From a virus: a stretch of DNA of 64,000 nt. Within the stretch, counting starts at the first letter, position 1, and each line of letters starts with the position of its first letter. Positions 45,197-54,186 of this stretch are shown one piece after another. The position numbers and the translations under genes were made by a program. A model generated the notes under the pieces. The model made no database searches, was not told the origin of the DNA, and saw only the letters and a program-made list of their open reading frames with translations. Location of the stretch: IMG/VR virus record IMGVR_UViG_3300035182_001904. One strand, given 5' to 3'.

Positions 45197-48100
45197 CTAC
45201 ACGATGATGTCGTCGTCGTCCGTTCCGCTCCCGATGATCTGCGGCTTGTCTTCGTCCACCTTGATCTCGGGATCGCCAGGGGCTGGTGCCTTAGCGTTTC
45301 CTTCGGCATAACGGGCCCGTGTCGCGTCCAGCAAGTGCTTGATCGAGAACACGGAGATCAGGTCGATGGGTTGACAGGGGCCCATCACGTCGACGAGGCG
45401 CTCGAGCACCCGCGCACGCTTCACTTCATCGTTGCCGATGTGATGCGGCGAACGCTCCGACACCTGCTTGAGGAACGTCGGCGTCTCGGTGCGGTACCGC
45501 GTCTGCGCCAAAAGCCCCTGCGAGGCCTCGACCCAGTTCACGACCAACCACTCCTGCTTGACGTCGAGGTAGACGCCCTTCTTCGTCTTGTTGATGTCGT
45601 CCAGCTTGTTCAAGTCGCCAAGCATGACGCGGATGGTCGTCATGCCGGACATCTGGTCCTGCGTTCCGACGGTTGCCGTTTGGATCGCCGAGCCCAGGAT
45701 GGTCTCGAAGATCTGCTCGTTCTCCGACGTCGTCTTGAGCCGCGCGAGTTGTTCCCGCCGGGACTCCGCGAAGTCGTACGCGAACGTCTGGTAGTTCGGG
45801 ATGGGGTTGGAACCGCCGCGCTCCTTGGCCAGTTCATCGAGCAGCTTGAGCATGGCCATCTCAGGGAACATGGCTTCACGGAAGCGCGAAGACGCATGGG
45901 CGGGCAGCTTGTTGCCTGTCACGTACTCTTGCTCGATCGCTGCCTGGTGTTGGCGCAGCCGCAGCATGTACGGAAGCAAGCCCACCACCATGTCGTGACG
46001 GGTCTTGCTGATCAGGTGGTCGCCGAACTTGCCTGCGAGCGCCAGGACGGGGTCCTTGTGGCTTGCGTCCTTGACCAGCTCGAACTGCACGAAGCGCGAC
46101 AGCGACGCGGCGTCACGCAGCGGTCGAATCGCACAGGCCACCAACGGGAAGCGTAGGTGGTAGGTCCGGCTCTCGCCGGTCGTGGTCCCGATGGACCAGT
46201 TGACGGCGGTCTCCGAGATCAAGTCACGACACAACTCGAGCACCTTGCGCACCGCGATGGACTTCGCGTCGTTGCCGCCGTAGTCCTCGAACTCCTCGAG
46301 ACACAGGGTGAGGCTCGAGTTGTTGCGTTGCTGGCGGATAGACGCGGCCGTGTAGCCCTGCATCGTGATCGCGTGCGCCACGATGTTGATGCGTGACGAG
46401 CTTCCGCCGCCTACGAAGCCCGCGGTGAACTTGCTCTTGCCGGACTCGTGTTCGGCGTTGAGGATGACCGCGGTCTGACGTGTGAAGACGTTCATCATGG
46501 CCAAGCACATCACGTAGGCCGCCAGGAACGTGCAGTCGAGTTGCTGATAGCGGAAGGCCCACCCCGTCTCGATCATGTCCTTGACCCGCACGAACAGGTC
46601 GACCAGGTCAACCGGCGTGGTCAGGTCCTTCGCGTCTACGACGGTCTCGATCCAGGCGGCTCCCGAGTTGTCGAAGATCACGCCTTCGTGACGCGGTCCG
46701 TCGAGGGGTGTCGCGGTGAAGTTCGCACCGTCGTGCGTGAGGCAGTACACGTCACGTCCGTTCACGAGGTACGAGCGCATGCGCGTCTCCGTAGACTCGA
46801 TCATGTGAATGCCCTGGCTCTTGATCGGTGCGTGGTCCATCGAAGGTAACCCCTTTGCCATCATGAGAAACGCGAAGTTCAAGTACTCACGGTACTTCTT
46901 GGACTTCATCGAGATGTTGAACTGGGACGCCTCGGGGTCGTCGCCCACGATGAACGGCGGATCTCCCACAGTGTCCTTGATGAAGTCGTAGATCGGGCCG
47001 TACTGACGCGAGACAAGCGTCTCCGCGCTGCGCTCGTCGTTCAAGACGACGGTGTCGGTTGTCCGGCTCGCCTTGTTCCAGAGTGACAAGATACGCTTAC
47101 GTCCTTCGCCGTTCTGGATGCCTACCGGATGGTAGCGGTCCAGCAATGCTGTATGCAGGCGTTTGATGAACTCTTCCTCGTTGTCGTTCTTGACCAGGAT
47201 GTCGTGTCGAAGAATGACCGCGTCTAGGTTGTGGTCTTTTGCTACCGCAACACAGAACGCATTGCAGACATGTTCGTCTTTGAGATAGAGGCCCCAGCGC
47301 TTGGCCGCTTGGCTGATGGTTGAAACGTCAGTCGTTCCGCTCTTGGCAATCTCCGCAGAGAATTGGTCGTAGCACCACACATCGGTGGACTCGTACATCT
47401 TCTCGTTGGTGATGTACCGAACCCACCGCGGATACCCGATTTCTCGGATGGCGTCGTCGGGGTCTTTGATCCAGACGTCAGGACGCGTCGGGTCACGCCA
47501 ATCGACGTACTCCTCGGGCCAGGTGAAAACGCGGAAGGCGAGGGCCTTCGTCTTCGTCTGATCCAGGAGACGTGCGACCAGCTTGTCGCCGCCGCCGTCA
47601 CGGTCAGGGACGATCCACGCACGGCTGATGCCCATCATCAGAAGGCGATCGACGCCTTGGGCACCGCTGCCGCTGAGACCGAGTGCGATGAAGTCATCCG
47701 ACTGACGCCGGATCTGTTGTGCGATCGAACAGAGCGCGTCGAACTCTCCCTCGGAGAGGTGCCCGACGAAGCCTTTGTCGGGACCGTCCATGCCGTGGTC
47801 TTCGGAGCTGAGGTACGTGCGGTAGTAGCGCAGGCCGTAGAACCCGTGGAACCCGTCCATCTCGGCTTCGTAGGAGTCCTCGACCCAGGCTTGACTGACA
47901 CAAGGCTTGGCAGGCTCGCGTAGCTTGAACCGACAGATTGACGTCGGGGTGTCATCGTACGGGAAGACAAGGTGCCCGATATACGTCTGACCCTCGGTGT
48001 ACTTGCCGAAGTAGCTGCGGAAGAACTTGTACTCCTCCGACGTCACGCCGAAGTGGTTCTCGACGTCCACGATGCGCGGGAAGATACCGATCAGTTCGCG

Positions 48101-48709
48101 TGAGCAAAGCGTCACCCAGACGCCGAACTGATCGAACGTTCCATCCGACTGGTCCTTCTCTGCAACCAGTTCGTTGGGCGCGCTCTCGCCCAGACGCCGT
48201 GCGAGTAGGTAGTCGAGCGTGGGCTTGGTCCAGTTCAGGTGATCGGTCTCGAGCGTGCCTGCGGCATACGAGCCGAGCGCCTTGAACAACAAGGTGCTGA
48301 AGAACGTCATCAGCGCGGTCTTGTTCTTCTGGTAGACCTCGTGGCTCTGAACCTTCTCGAACAGCTCCTTGGGAATCGACGCGGAGAGGCCCCAACGCTT
48401 CTTGGCGAAGACGAGTGCGTCGGAGACGGACGTGTTGTTGACCGCAGCGATGAGGTGGATCGGGTTGACGAAGTGCTTGTGGCAGCCGAAACACCGCGCG
48501 AGCCCTTTGAAGGGTGTAACGATGAACGATGCCGTCCCATCAGAATGGAACGGGCAACGGCCTTTGATGTGTGGCCCCGACGAATGAAAAGCCGCTTCGG
48601 GCTGTGCCTCCGCAAGCCAACTGAGCCAGTCGCTGTTCTGGACGTCGGTCCAGACCCGGTTGAGCCGCGTGAACGCGACCTTCGAATCACCCTTCGCTTT
48701 ACGCGCCAC
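45197..48709 (-). CDS. primase-helicase (CHC2 Zn finger, TOPRIM, P-loop)
   Basis: CPFH...CFGC; SEGEFDA...PDRDGGG; AEHESGKS and LCLEEFE. Confidence 0.85.
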   Translation of the reverse strand: MARKAKGDSKVAFTRLNRVWTDVQNSDWLSWLAEAQPEAAFHSSGPHIKGRCPFHSDGTASFIVTPFKGLARCFGCHKHFVNPIHLIAAVNNTSVSDALVFAKKRWGLSASIPKELFEKVQSHEVYQKNKTALMTFFSTLLFKALGSYAAGTLETDHLNWTKPTLDYLLARRLGESAPNELVAEKDQSDGTFDQFGVWVTLCSRELIGIFPRIVDVENHFGVTSEEYKFFRSYFGKYTEGQTYIGHLVFPYDDTPTSICRFKLREPAKPCVSQAWVEDSYEAEMDGFHGFYGLRYYRTYLSSEDHGMDGPDKGFVGHLSEGEFDALCSIAQQIRRQSDDFIALGLSGSGAQGVDRLLMMGISRAWIVPDRDGGGDKLVARLLDQTKTKALAFRVFTWPEEYVDWRDPTRPDVWIKDPDDAIREIGYPRWVRYITNEKMYESTDVWCYDQFSAEIAKSGTTDVSTISQAAKRWGLYLKDEHVCNAFCVAVAKDHNLDAVILRHDILVKNDNEEEFIKRLHTALLDRYHPVGIQNGEGRKRILSLWNKASRTTDTVVLNDERSAETLVSRQYGPIYDFIKDTVGDPPFIVGDDPEASQFNISMKSKKYREYLNFAFLMMAKGLPSMDHAPIKSQGIHMIESTETRMRSYLVNGRDVYCLTHDGANFTATPLDGPRHEGVIFDNSGAAWIETVVDAKDLTTPVDLVDLFVRVKDMIETGWAFRYQQLDCTFLAAYVMCLAMMNVFTRQTAVILNAEHESGKSKFTAGFVGGGSSSRINIVAHAITMQGYTAASIRQQRNNSSLTLCLEEFEDYGGNDAKSIAVRKVLELCRDLISETAVNWSIGTTTGESRTYHLRFPLVACAIRPLRDAASLSRFVQFELVKDASHKDPVLALAGKFGDHLISKTRHDMVVGLLPYMLRLRQHQAAIEQEYVTGNKLPAHASSRFREAMFPEMAMLKLLDELAKERGGSNPIPNYQTFAYDFAESRREQLARLKTTSENEQIFETILGSAIQTATVGTQDQMSGMTTIRVMLGDLNKLDDINKTKKGVYLDVKQEWLVVNWVEASQGLLAQTRYRTETPTFLKQVSERSPHHIGNDEVKRARVLERLVDVMGPCQPIDLISVFSIKHLLDATRARYAEGNAKAPAPGDPEIKVDEDKPQIIGSGTDDDDIIV

Positions 48710-49544
48710 CGAACTTCTCCTTGTAGGCAGGACACACGTCCGAGTACTGACACCAACCGCACGGCCAGCCGACCTTCTTGTCGCGACGACGCCCTCCTGC
48801 GGGACGCGCCTCGAACGGCTCGGTCAGGTTGTCCGCCGCAGCGTTGATGCGACCGTACAACCAGGGCGCGTACTGCAACCGCAAACGGTCTGCAGGGATG
48901 AACGGCGTCCACTGGAGCCGGAGATCTGCCGGACCTTGTAGGAAGTTGATGCCCCCACGCACGCCGGCGATATCCGGCATGTTGGGGAGCGCGAGCACGC
49001 CATAGGCCTGAAGCTGTTGTCGCTTCTTCTGGTCACGTTCGAGGGGCTTGGCGACGCCAGACTTGTGATCGATCAAGTAGAGGTCGTTGTCGCGGGTGAG
49101 CGCCCCTAGGTCGAGCTTGCCGCGGAAGAACACATTCTCGGCAAAGAAGCCTGCGGGCTCGTACGTGTCCGTGATGCCCCAGTCGGCCTCGACGAACACC
49201 TTCGTCACGCCCTGCGTTTTGCAGAAACGATCGAAGCGCGCGAGGAACTCATCCATGCACTCGTTGAGCATGTGCAGTGACTCAACTTCGGACGAGGTCA
49301 GCGGCGTCTTGTCGACGGCGACCTTCCGTGCTTCCTCTGCCGGTTTGCCCAGGACGCGGTGCTCGAGCACAGCGTGAGCGACGATCCCGACCTTGGTGTC
49401 GGAGGGCGCGGCACTCGCGGCGGTCTTGGCAATGTGCTTGTGTCCGAACTGCGCGGGGCAGGACTCGGACGTCTCCATCTTGGAGAAGGACCAGGGGGCG
49501 TACTTGCGCGCGAGTGCAGAGATCTCGTAAGCGGCCACATCCAC
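48699..49544 (-). CDS. PD-(D/E)XK (Cas4/RecB-like) nuclease
   Basis: WSFS...CP, GKLD, IDHKSG and C-terminal CGWCQYSDVC. Confidence 0.85.
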   Translation of the reverse strand: MDVAAYEISALARKYAPWSFSKMETSESCPAQFGHKHIAKTAASAAPSDTKVGIVAHAVLEHRVLGKPAEEARKVAVDKTPLTSSEVESLHMLNECMDEFLARFDRFCKTQGVTKVFVEADWGITDTYEPAGFFAENVFFRGKLDLGALTRDNDLYLIDHKSGVAKPLERDQKKRQQLQAYGVLALPNMPDIAGVRGGINFLQGPADLRLQWTPFIPADRLRLQYAPWLYGRINAAADNLTEPFEARPAGGRRRDKKVGWPCGWCQYSDVCPAYKEKFGGA

Positions 49545-49557
49545 CCCTGTTCAGTTG

Positions 49558-49583
49558 AAAAAAAGAAGTGCCGTCTTTCCGGC
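49558..49583 (-). terminator. candidate intrinsic terminator after SSB-like gene
   Basis: GCCG-GAAAGA-CGGC hairpin followed by TTCTTTTTTT on the - strand. Confidence 0.45.
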
Positions 49584-49701
49584 TGTCAGTTGTCTCTCCA
49601 ACCGTCACGAATGTTCCTGGCGGCGACCAATTGCCTTGTTCCGTACGGGTGCGACCCGCATCAACTATCCAGAGGCTCTTCGTTTCCTTGGTCTCGCTGC
49701 C

Positions 49702-50742
49702 CTACATGGGCTTGTTCGACGAACGCGCCGACGATCCCTTCGTCGGCTTGGCCGTCTCGACCACCGGGCTCAGATCCGGCTCGACGCCGGCGTTGTCAGC
49801 CAGGCCTGCCTCGAGCGCACCCGCGGCGAACTGGCCCTCGGCCTCGACCGCAGCCTGCGGCGCCCGCTGCGGACGCGCGTACCAGTCCGCGAGGAACAGC
49901 TTGCGACCCGCGACGTACATCCCGTAGAGCGCCTCGGCGAGACGCATGACGTGCTCCGGGTTGTCCTTGCCGGTGGGCTCGACCTTGTAGACGTAGTAGA
50001 GGCCGAGATCGCCGGTCTTCTTCTCGGTGTTGAGCATGTAGCTCTGCCGCCAGACAGCCGTCTGCTGGCCCGCGAGCGAGATCAGCGCCGAGCCCGCCTT
50101 GCGCGACGTCTTGCCGAACTGCGCCATGTAGACCGCGGGGTTCGCGAGATCGGCCGACATCACGATGGCCACGATGTTGTTCTGGCAGTCCGTCCGCTGC
50201 TGATCACCGCGACCGCTGTTCTGCTTGCCGAACGGCAGGTGCGGGCACTTCAGGCACTCGCCGAACGGGGAGCCGAGCTTCGCATCGGGCGCCTGGCACG
50301 CGGGGTTCTTCCCGTTCTGCGGGAAGTTGATGTTCTCCTCGAAGAAGTAGAGCGGGATGACCGGGCACGGGCGCTCGAGCAGCTGGCCCGCCGAGGTGTA
50401 GAGGTCGCCGTTCTTGGCGGCTTCCGGCTTGGCCTCCGACTGCGAGGTCGGCTGCACGATGCTGATGCGCGGCACCTTCCAGGCCGAGATCATCTCTTCC
50501 ATGCCCGGCTTGTTCGGCGACGCGAGCGCGGCCAGGATGCGGACCGCTTGACGCGCCACGTCGGGCAGCGTCGTGTCATCAGCCAGCGCGCTCAGTGCAT
50601 CGCGGCGCTTGATGACCATCGCTTCCAGCTCGGCGGGATCCTGCGCAGCGGCGAGTGCCCCCATCGAGGGCTTGGTGACCAAGGCCTTGGCCGGGATGAT
50701 CTGGGTGGAGTTATCAGAGGTTCCGTTGGTGGGTTCGGTCAT
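49702..50742 (-). CDS. putative ssDNA-binding / recombination protein
   Basis: VPRISIVQPTS motif, position in the replication cluster and acidic low-complexity tail. Confidence 0.45.
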   Translation of the reverse strand: MTEPTNGTSDNSTQIIPAKALVTKPSMGALAAAQDPAELEAMVIKRRDALSALADDTTLPDVARQAVRILAALASPNKPGMEEMISAWKVPRISIVQPTSQSEAKPEAAKNGDLYTSAGQLLERPCPVIPLYFFEENINFPQNGKNPACQAPDAKLGSPFGECLKCPHLPFGKQNSGRGDQQRTDCQNNIVAIVMSADLANPAVYMAQFGKTSRKAGSALISLAGQQTAVWRQSYMLNTEKKTGDLGLYYVYKVEPTGKDNPEHVMRLAEALYGMYVAGRKLFLADWYARPQRAPQAAVEAEGQFAAGALEAGLADNAGVEPDLSPVVETAKPTKGSSARSSNKPM

Positions 50743-50966
50743 GTCATGTCCTTTTGGAATGCGAGAAAGGGGAAGTCACTCTAGTGATTTCGATGTTTGT
50801 TTGGCAAGCATCGCGAACCGAAATTCGTCGCGCTAGGGCTGGGGTGTATAGGCGAACCCCACCCAAGCGTTTCTGGTGTACGTGTCGGGATCGACACCCA
50901 ACGGGTAGCGTCCGATCGTGGAACTATTTGATCACACGTGGCGCGCTTGGTAGGTTGTTCTTCAAT

Positions 50967-51758
50967 ATGGTGATTCCTCAGGCTCGGACCGCTTCGACGT
51001 ACTACGCGGAAGTTGCGCGGATGCCGTTGGTGGACGATCCCGCGGAAGAGCGCCGCCTGTTGCAACGCTGGCAACAGCGCAAGGACGTCAAGGCGCGCAA
51101 CGCCATCGTGCAGACGCATCTCCGGTTCGTCGTCAAGCTGGCTCACAAACGCAGCAAGGATCCCGAGGCGGTCAAGGACTTCATCGCCGCCGGGAACCTC
51201 GGGCTTCTCAAGGCCACCGACAAGTTCGACTGGGCTCGCAAGCCGTACATCCGCTTCCTGACGTACGCCGGTTGGTGGGTCTACGAAGAGATGTCGAACC
51301 AGGACTACACAACGGCGACGCTCGTGCACGTCCCCGCCCACCGCCAGAAGGCGCAGCGCCGGAACGCACGCGAGTATCGCGCGGCAGTGCAAGAGCACGG
51401 ACCGGACAACGCGGACGTGCAGGCGATGAACCCGGGATTGTCCGAGAGCATCGTCATGCCGATCGAAGCGGCGCGCTACACGCCGGACATCTCCGACACG
51501 GAGCCGACCTCCACCTATGGGTCGGACCGCTTGCGTGCGCTCGTGCGTGAGGGCATCAGCCGCCTGCCCTCACGAGAGCAGACAGTGCTCAACCTCTTCT
51601 ATGGTGTCAAAGACGACCCGCGGAACCTGGTCCAGATCGCTTCCATCATGGGCATGTGCCCCGAGCGCGTCCGTCAGATCAAGCTCAGCGGGATGCAGCT
51701 CCTGCACAACGAGCTGAAGCAGCGTGTCGGCCTGTCGACTGAAGACGCGTACCTCTAG
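50967..51758 (+). CDS. sigma70-family factor (RpoH/RpoS-like layout)
   Basis: Region 1.2 YYAEVARMPL, region 2 HLRFVV...GNLGLLKATDKFD...RFLTYAGWW and region 4 LPSREQTV...CPERVRQI. Start at ATG 50967. Confidence 0.9.
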   Translation: MVIPQARTASTYYAEVARMPLVDDPAEERRLLQRWQQRKDVKARNAIVQTHLRFVVKLAHKRSKDPEAVKDFIAAGNLGLLKATDKFDWARKPYIRFLTYAGWWVYEEMSNQDYTTATLVHVPAHRQKAQRRNAREYRAAVQEHGPDNADVQAMNPGLSESIVMPIEAARYTPDISDTEPTSTYGSDRLRALVREGISRLPSREQTVLNLFYGVKDDPRNLVQIASIMGMCPERVRQIKLSGMQLLHNELKQRVGLSTEDAYL

Positions 51759-52222
51759 AAGCCCAGGTACTTCAGCTCGTCGTAGCCGATGGTGAACTTC
51801 TTGATGTACGCCGTGCCGTCCGGTGCGTACGCCGTGATGTCCTTCAGGTTGCGGTTGATGGCGTCGAGCTTCTCGACCTCCGCCTTCTCTGCATCGATGT
51901 AGTCCTGCTCGGTCAGCAGAAAGTTGATGACGCCGGCACCAACGGTCACCTCTTCCTGCGAACCGCCACCGCTCGAGCGAGCGTTCGACGTGTAGGACTG
52001 GGACTCGACGCCACGCTTCTGCTGCGCCCGCATCTGGTTCTGGATGTCGAGCAGGACGGCATCCGTGACCTTGTGCTCGTCACGCATCTTCTTGATACGC
52101 AGGCCGCGCTCTTCGATCTTGTTGCGGGTCTCCATCGCCTTCTTGGTGGAGGCGGTGACGATCTCGGCAGTGGTCTTCTCGAACGTGAAGTTGAACATGT
52201 GGTCGATCCTTTTTGGAATCAC
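51755..52222 (-). CDS. hypothetical coiled-coil protein
   Basis: ORF track; start may be a few codons downstream. Confidence 0.65.
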   Translation of the reverse strand: MIPKRIDHMFNFTFEKTTAEIVTASTKKAMETRNKIEERGLRIKKMRDEHKVTDAVLLDIQNQMRAQQKRGVESQSYTSNARSSGGGSQEEVTVGAGVINFLLTEQDYIDAEKAEVEKLDAINRNLKDITAYAPDGTAYIKKFTIGYDELKYLGF

Positions 52223-52230
52223 GGGAACTC

Positions 52231-52719
52231 CTATGGTTTGGTCTCACGTACTGCGGCAGCGACAGTCTCGTCGCACAGTGCTTGGATGTTGTTGAGGGTG
52301 TCAGGTCCTGGCTTGACCTCGAGCGTTTTGAAGATCGTCAGCCGACCCGCCTGGTTCAATGCGAGCCCAGAAATCGACGCGCCCATGAGGTCGACATGGA
52401 GGGCGGCTGAAACCGTCTTCTTAGAGGTACGTGCAAGCACGCGCATCATCGAGAAATCGATTGGAGAGAATCTCCAACTGTCAGGAGCCATCTGCATGAG
52501 CGTGGCCATCAGGTTGATGGGGTCGATGGGGGCTTGACCCACCAGTGACATGATTGCTTCGGGCGTACAGATGCCGAGCTTCTTCAGCTTAGCGAGGTTC
52601 TTGAAGACCGACGGCGTCGGACGCTCGCTGAGCCGCATCTCGAGGTCGATGGGCAGTGGCAGGTCGAACACCTCGTCGGTGTCGAACGCCGCCAACCCTT
52701 CGAGCGTCAGCTTGCTCAC
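52231..52719 (-). CDS. hypothetical protein
   Basis: ORF track; GTGA overlap. Confidence 0.55.
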   Translation of the reverse strand: MSKLTLEGLAAFDTDEVFDLPLPIDLEMRLSERPTPSVFKNLAKLKKLGICTPEAIMSLVGQAPIDPINLMATLMQMAPDSWRFSPIDFSMMRVLARTSKKTVSAALHVDLMGASISGLALNQAGRLTIFKTLEVKPGPDTLNNIQALCDETVAAAVRETKP

Positions 52720-52844
52720 AAGGCACGGGCCTTCTTGATCAGCCCCAAGACGGACGCTCGCAGTGCGGGGTCTTTCCCGAATCGGTCAACGACCAACAAG
52801 GCCACCGCGGCCACTTCGAGCAATAGGAATCCGACGGCACGCAT
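52716..52844 (-). CDS. 42-aa single-TM protein
   Basis: Hand translation MRAVGFLLLEVAAVALLVVDRFGK...; stop overlaps the next start. Confidence 0.35.
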   Translation of the reverse strand: MRAVGFLLLEVAAVALLVVDRFGKDPALRASVLGLIKKARAL

Positions 52845-52872
52845 GCGTGCCGACGTTACAATGCGCATGGAG

Positions 52873-53115
52873 TTACTCCTCAGCGTGCGCGATGACGCGC
52901 GCGCGATCGATGTTGCGCAGCGATAGCGAGCGGAGGGTCCGCCCCTCCAAGATCTCGCCCACGGCGTAGTAGAACTCCGCGGCGACGTCCGCCACGGTCT
53001 TGTTGGGGTCGTTCTGCACAGCGAACCAGACGGCGCGGATGTCGCGCAGGCGTCCAGCCACGTCGTTGGCGACGCGGACGCTAACTCCGCTCCGACCTCC
53101 ACGACGACGACTCAC
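52873..53115 (-). CDS. hypothetical protein
   Basis: GTG at 53115 overlaps the HNH stop. Confidence 0.5.
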   Translation of the reverse strand: MSRRRGGRSGVSVRVANDVAGRLRDIRAVWFAVQNDPNKTVADVAAEFYYAVGEILEGRTLRSLSLRNIDRARVIAHAEE

Positions 53116-53618
53116 GTTTTTTCCTTGTGAGTTCGTTTGTTTCTGTGAGGACAGCACCCATAGCGGAATGTTGCGTAGTTACAGTTGAAACACAACACTT
53201 GAAATCCCGGAGGAAACCCCTGGTCACGAAGCCAACGATACATTTTGTCTCCAGTACCAACTTCCTTTCGGTGAGCACTCCCTCCGCCGCCGATGTGATC
53301 GAGTGTTAAAAACTCAAGTTGAGTTTCTAAACAGCACACACAAACAGGACCTCCATACACGTTAAGAACTTCTGCACGTAAACGTTCACGATACGCCTTC
53401 CCGTTCCTACGGGTACGTTCCAAACACTCTTGGCAAACCACAGACGTGCTTAGATGTTCTCGGCGTCCGCACTGGGCACATAGCCCTGCCGCACGGTATC
53501 GTGCCTGTGCCGTTGCATTTCTCAAACGTGAATCACGCCCGTATCGGGCTCTGTATTCAGGCGTGCGACTAGGCCTAGCTTTCCTCACACGGATTCGTTT
53601 CCCAAGGTTTGGTACCAC
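53112..53618 (-). CDS. HNH endonuclease (putative homing)
   Basis: CVCC...LTLDHI...QVLCFNCN, N-terminal CAQC...CQEC; AT-richer than neighbours. Confidence 0.85.
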   Translation of the reverse strand: MVPNLGKRIRVRKARPSRTPEYRARYGRDSRLRNATAQARYRAAGLCAQCGRREHLSTSVVCQECLERTRRNGKAYRERLRAEVLNVYGGPVCVCCLETQLEFLTLDHIGGGGSAHRKEVGTGDKMYRWLRDQGFPPGFQVLCFNCNYATFRYGCCPHRNKRTHKEKT

Positions 53619-53745
53619 ACCGTGGACACATCGGTACGTTGGTTGATGGCACCAACGCGCTACTGCACAACGGACACCTAGGGTCCTCTTTCAATGCGGC
53701 TGTCTTCACAGCTTCAGGGTCAACATCAACGCCAAGTTTCTCCAT
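53575..53745 (-). CDS. 56-aa Zn-ribbon protein (below track cut-off)
   Basis: Hand translation MEKLGVDVDPEAVKTAALKEDPRCPLC...CPRCGTKPWE. Confidence 0.6.
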   Translation of the reverse strand: MEKLGVDVDPEAVKTAALKEDPRCPLCSSALVPSTNVPMCPRCGTKPWETNPCEES

Positions 53746-53754
53746 GTCGCTACT

Positions 53755-54156
53755 CTAGCGCAGGGAGACCTTCTTGCTGGTACCGATTCGGTTGCCGCGA
53801 AGCACCGAGTACTCGGCCGGGGCTCCGTCGGCGTTCAGGAACTTCTCGGCCTTGTTGACCGAGTCGAACTCGTGGACTTGGCCGACGACCACGTAGACCT
53901 TGCGTGAGACGCGCGACTTCTTGTCGTCAGCGTCGTCGTCCTTCTCGCCATCCGGCTTGGCGTCCGGCTTGGCGTCCGGCTTGGCGTCCGCGGCCTTGGC
54001 GTCCGCGGCCTTGGCGTCCGCGGCCTTGGCGTCCGCGGCCTTGGCGTCCGCGGCCTTCTTGTCGTCCGGCTTCGCAGCGTTGGAGGTGGTGGCGGCGGCC
54101 GCAGCCTGAACGCCGAGCGGCTTGTTCTGATTCGTGTGTGCTTGCGTCATAAACAT
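53755..54156 (-). CDS. hypothetical protein with (AKAAD)/(AKPD) repeats
   Basis: ORF track. Confidence 0.7.
   Translation of the reverse strand: MFMTQAHTNQNKPLGVQAAAAATTSNAAKPDDKKAADAKAADAKAADAKAADAKAADAKPDAKPDAKPDGEKDDDADDKKSRVSRKVYVVVGQVHEFDSVNKAEKFLNADGAPAEYSVLRGNRIGTSKKVSLR
53951..54057. repeat. perfect tandem repeats: 3 x 12 nt plus about 4.7 x 15 nt
   Basis: (TCCGGCTTGGCG)3 followed by (TCCGCGGCCTTGGCG)4 and a partial unit. Confidence 0.95.
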
Positions 54157-54186
54157 GACGTAGCACGCACGCGAATCGCGCGTCTA

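Noticed and set aside
42402-45311. 969-aa + strand ORF, and similar long antisense ORFs (18458..20095, 22952..24214, 36694..38355, 38346..39662, 49555..50784, 57282..58520, 61615..63657)
   Set aside because: They are in-register shadows of real genes on the opposite strand. High GC3 suppresses antisense stops, and the translations have no motifs.
49619-49701. Resemblance of ACGAAGAGCCTCTGG to the c-di-GMP-I riboswitch core (ACGCAAAGCCUCCGG)
   Set aside because: The GNRA tetraloop/receptor arm and the 3' consensus are not recognisable; kept only as an unassigned structured RNA.
53951-54057. Tandem repeat near Cas4-like genes as a CRISPR array
   Set aside because: The repeats are contiguous 12/15-mers with no spacers and are in-frame coding; no cas1/cas2 is present in the window.
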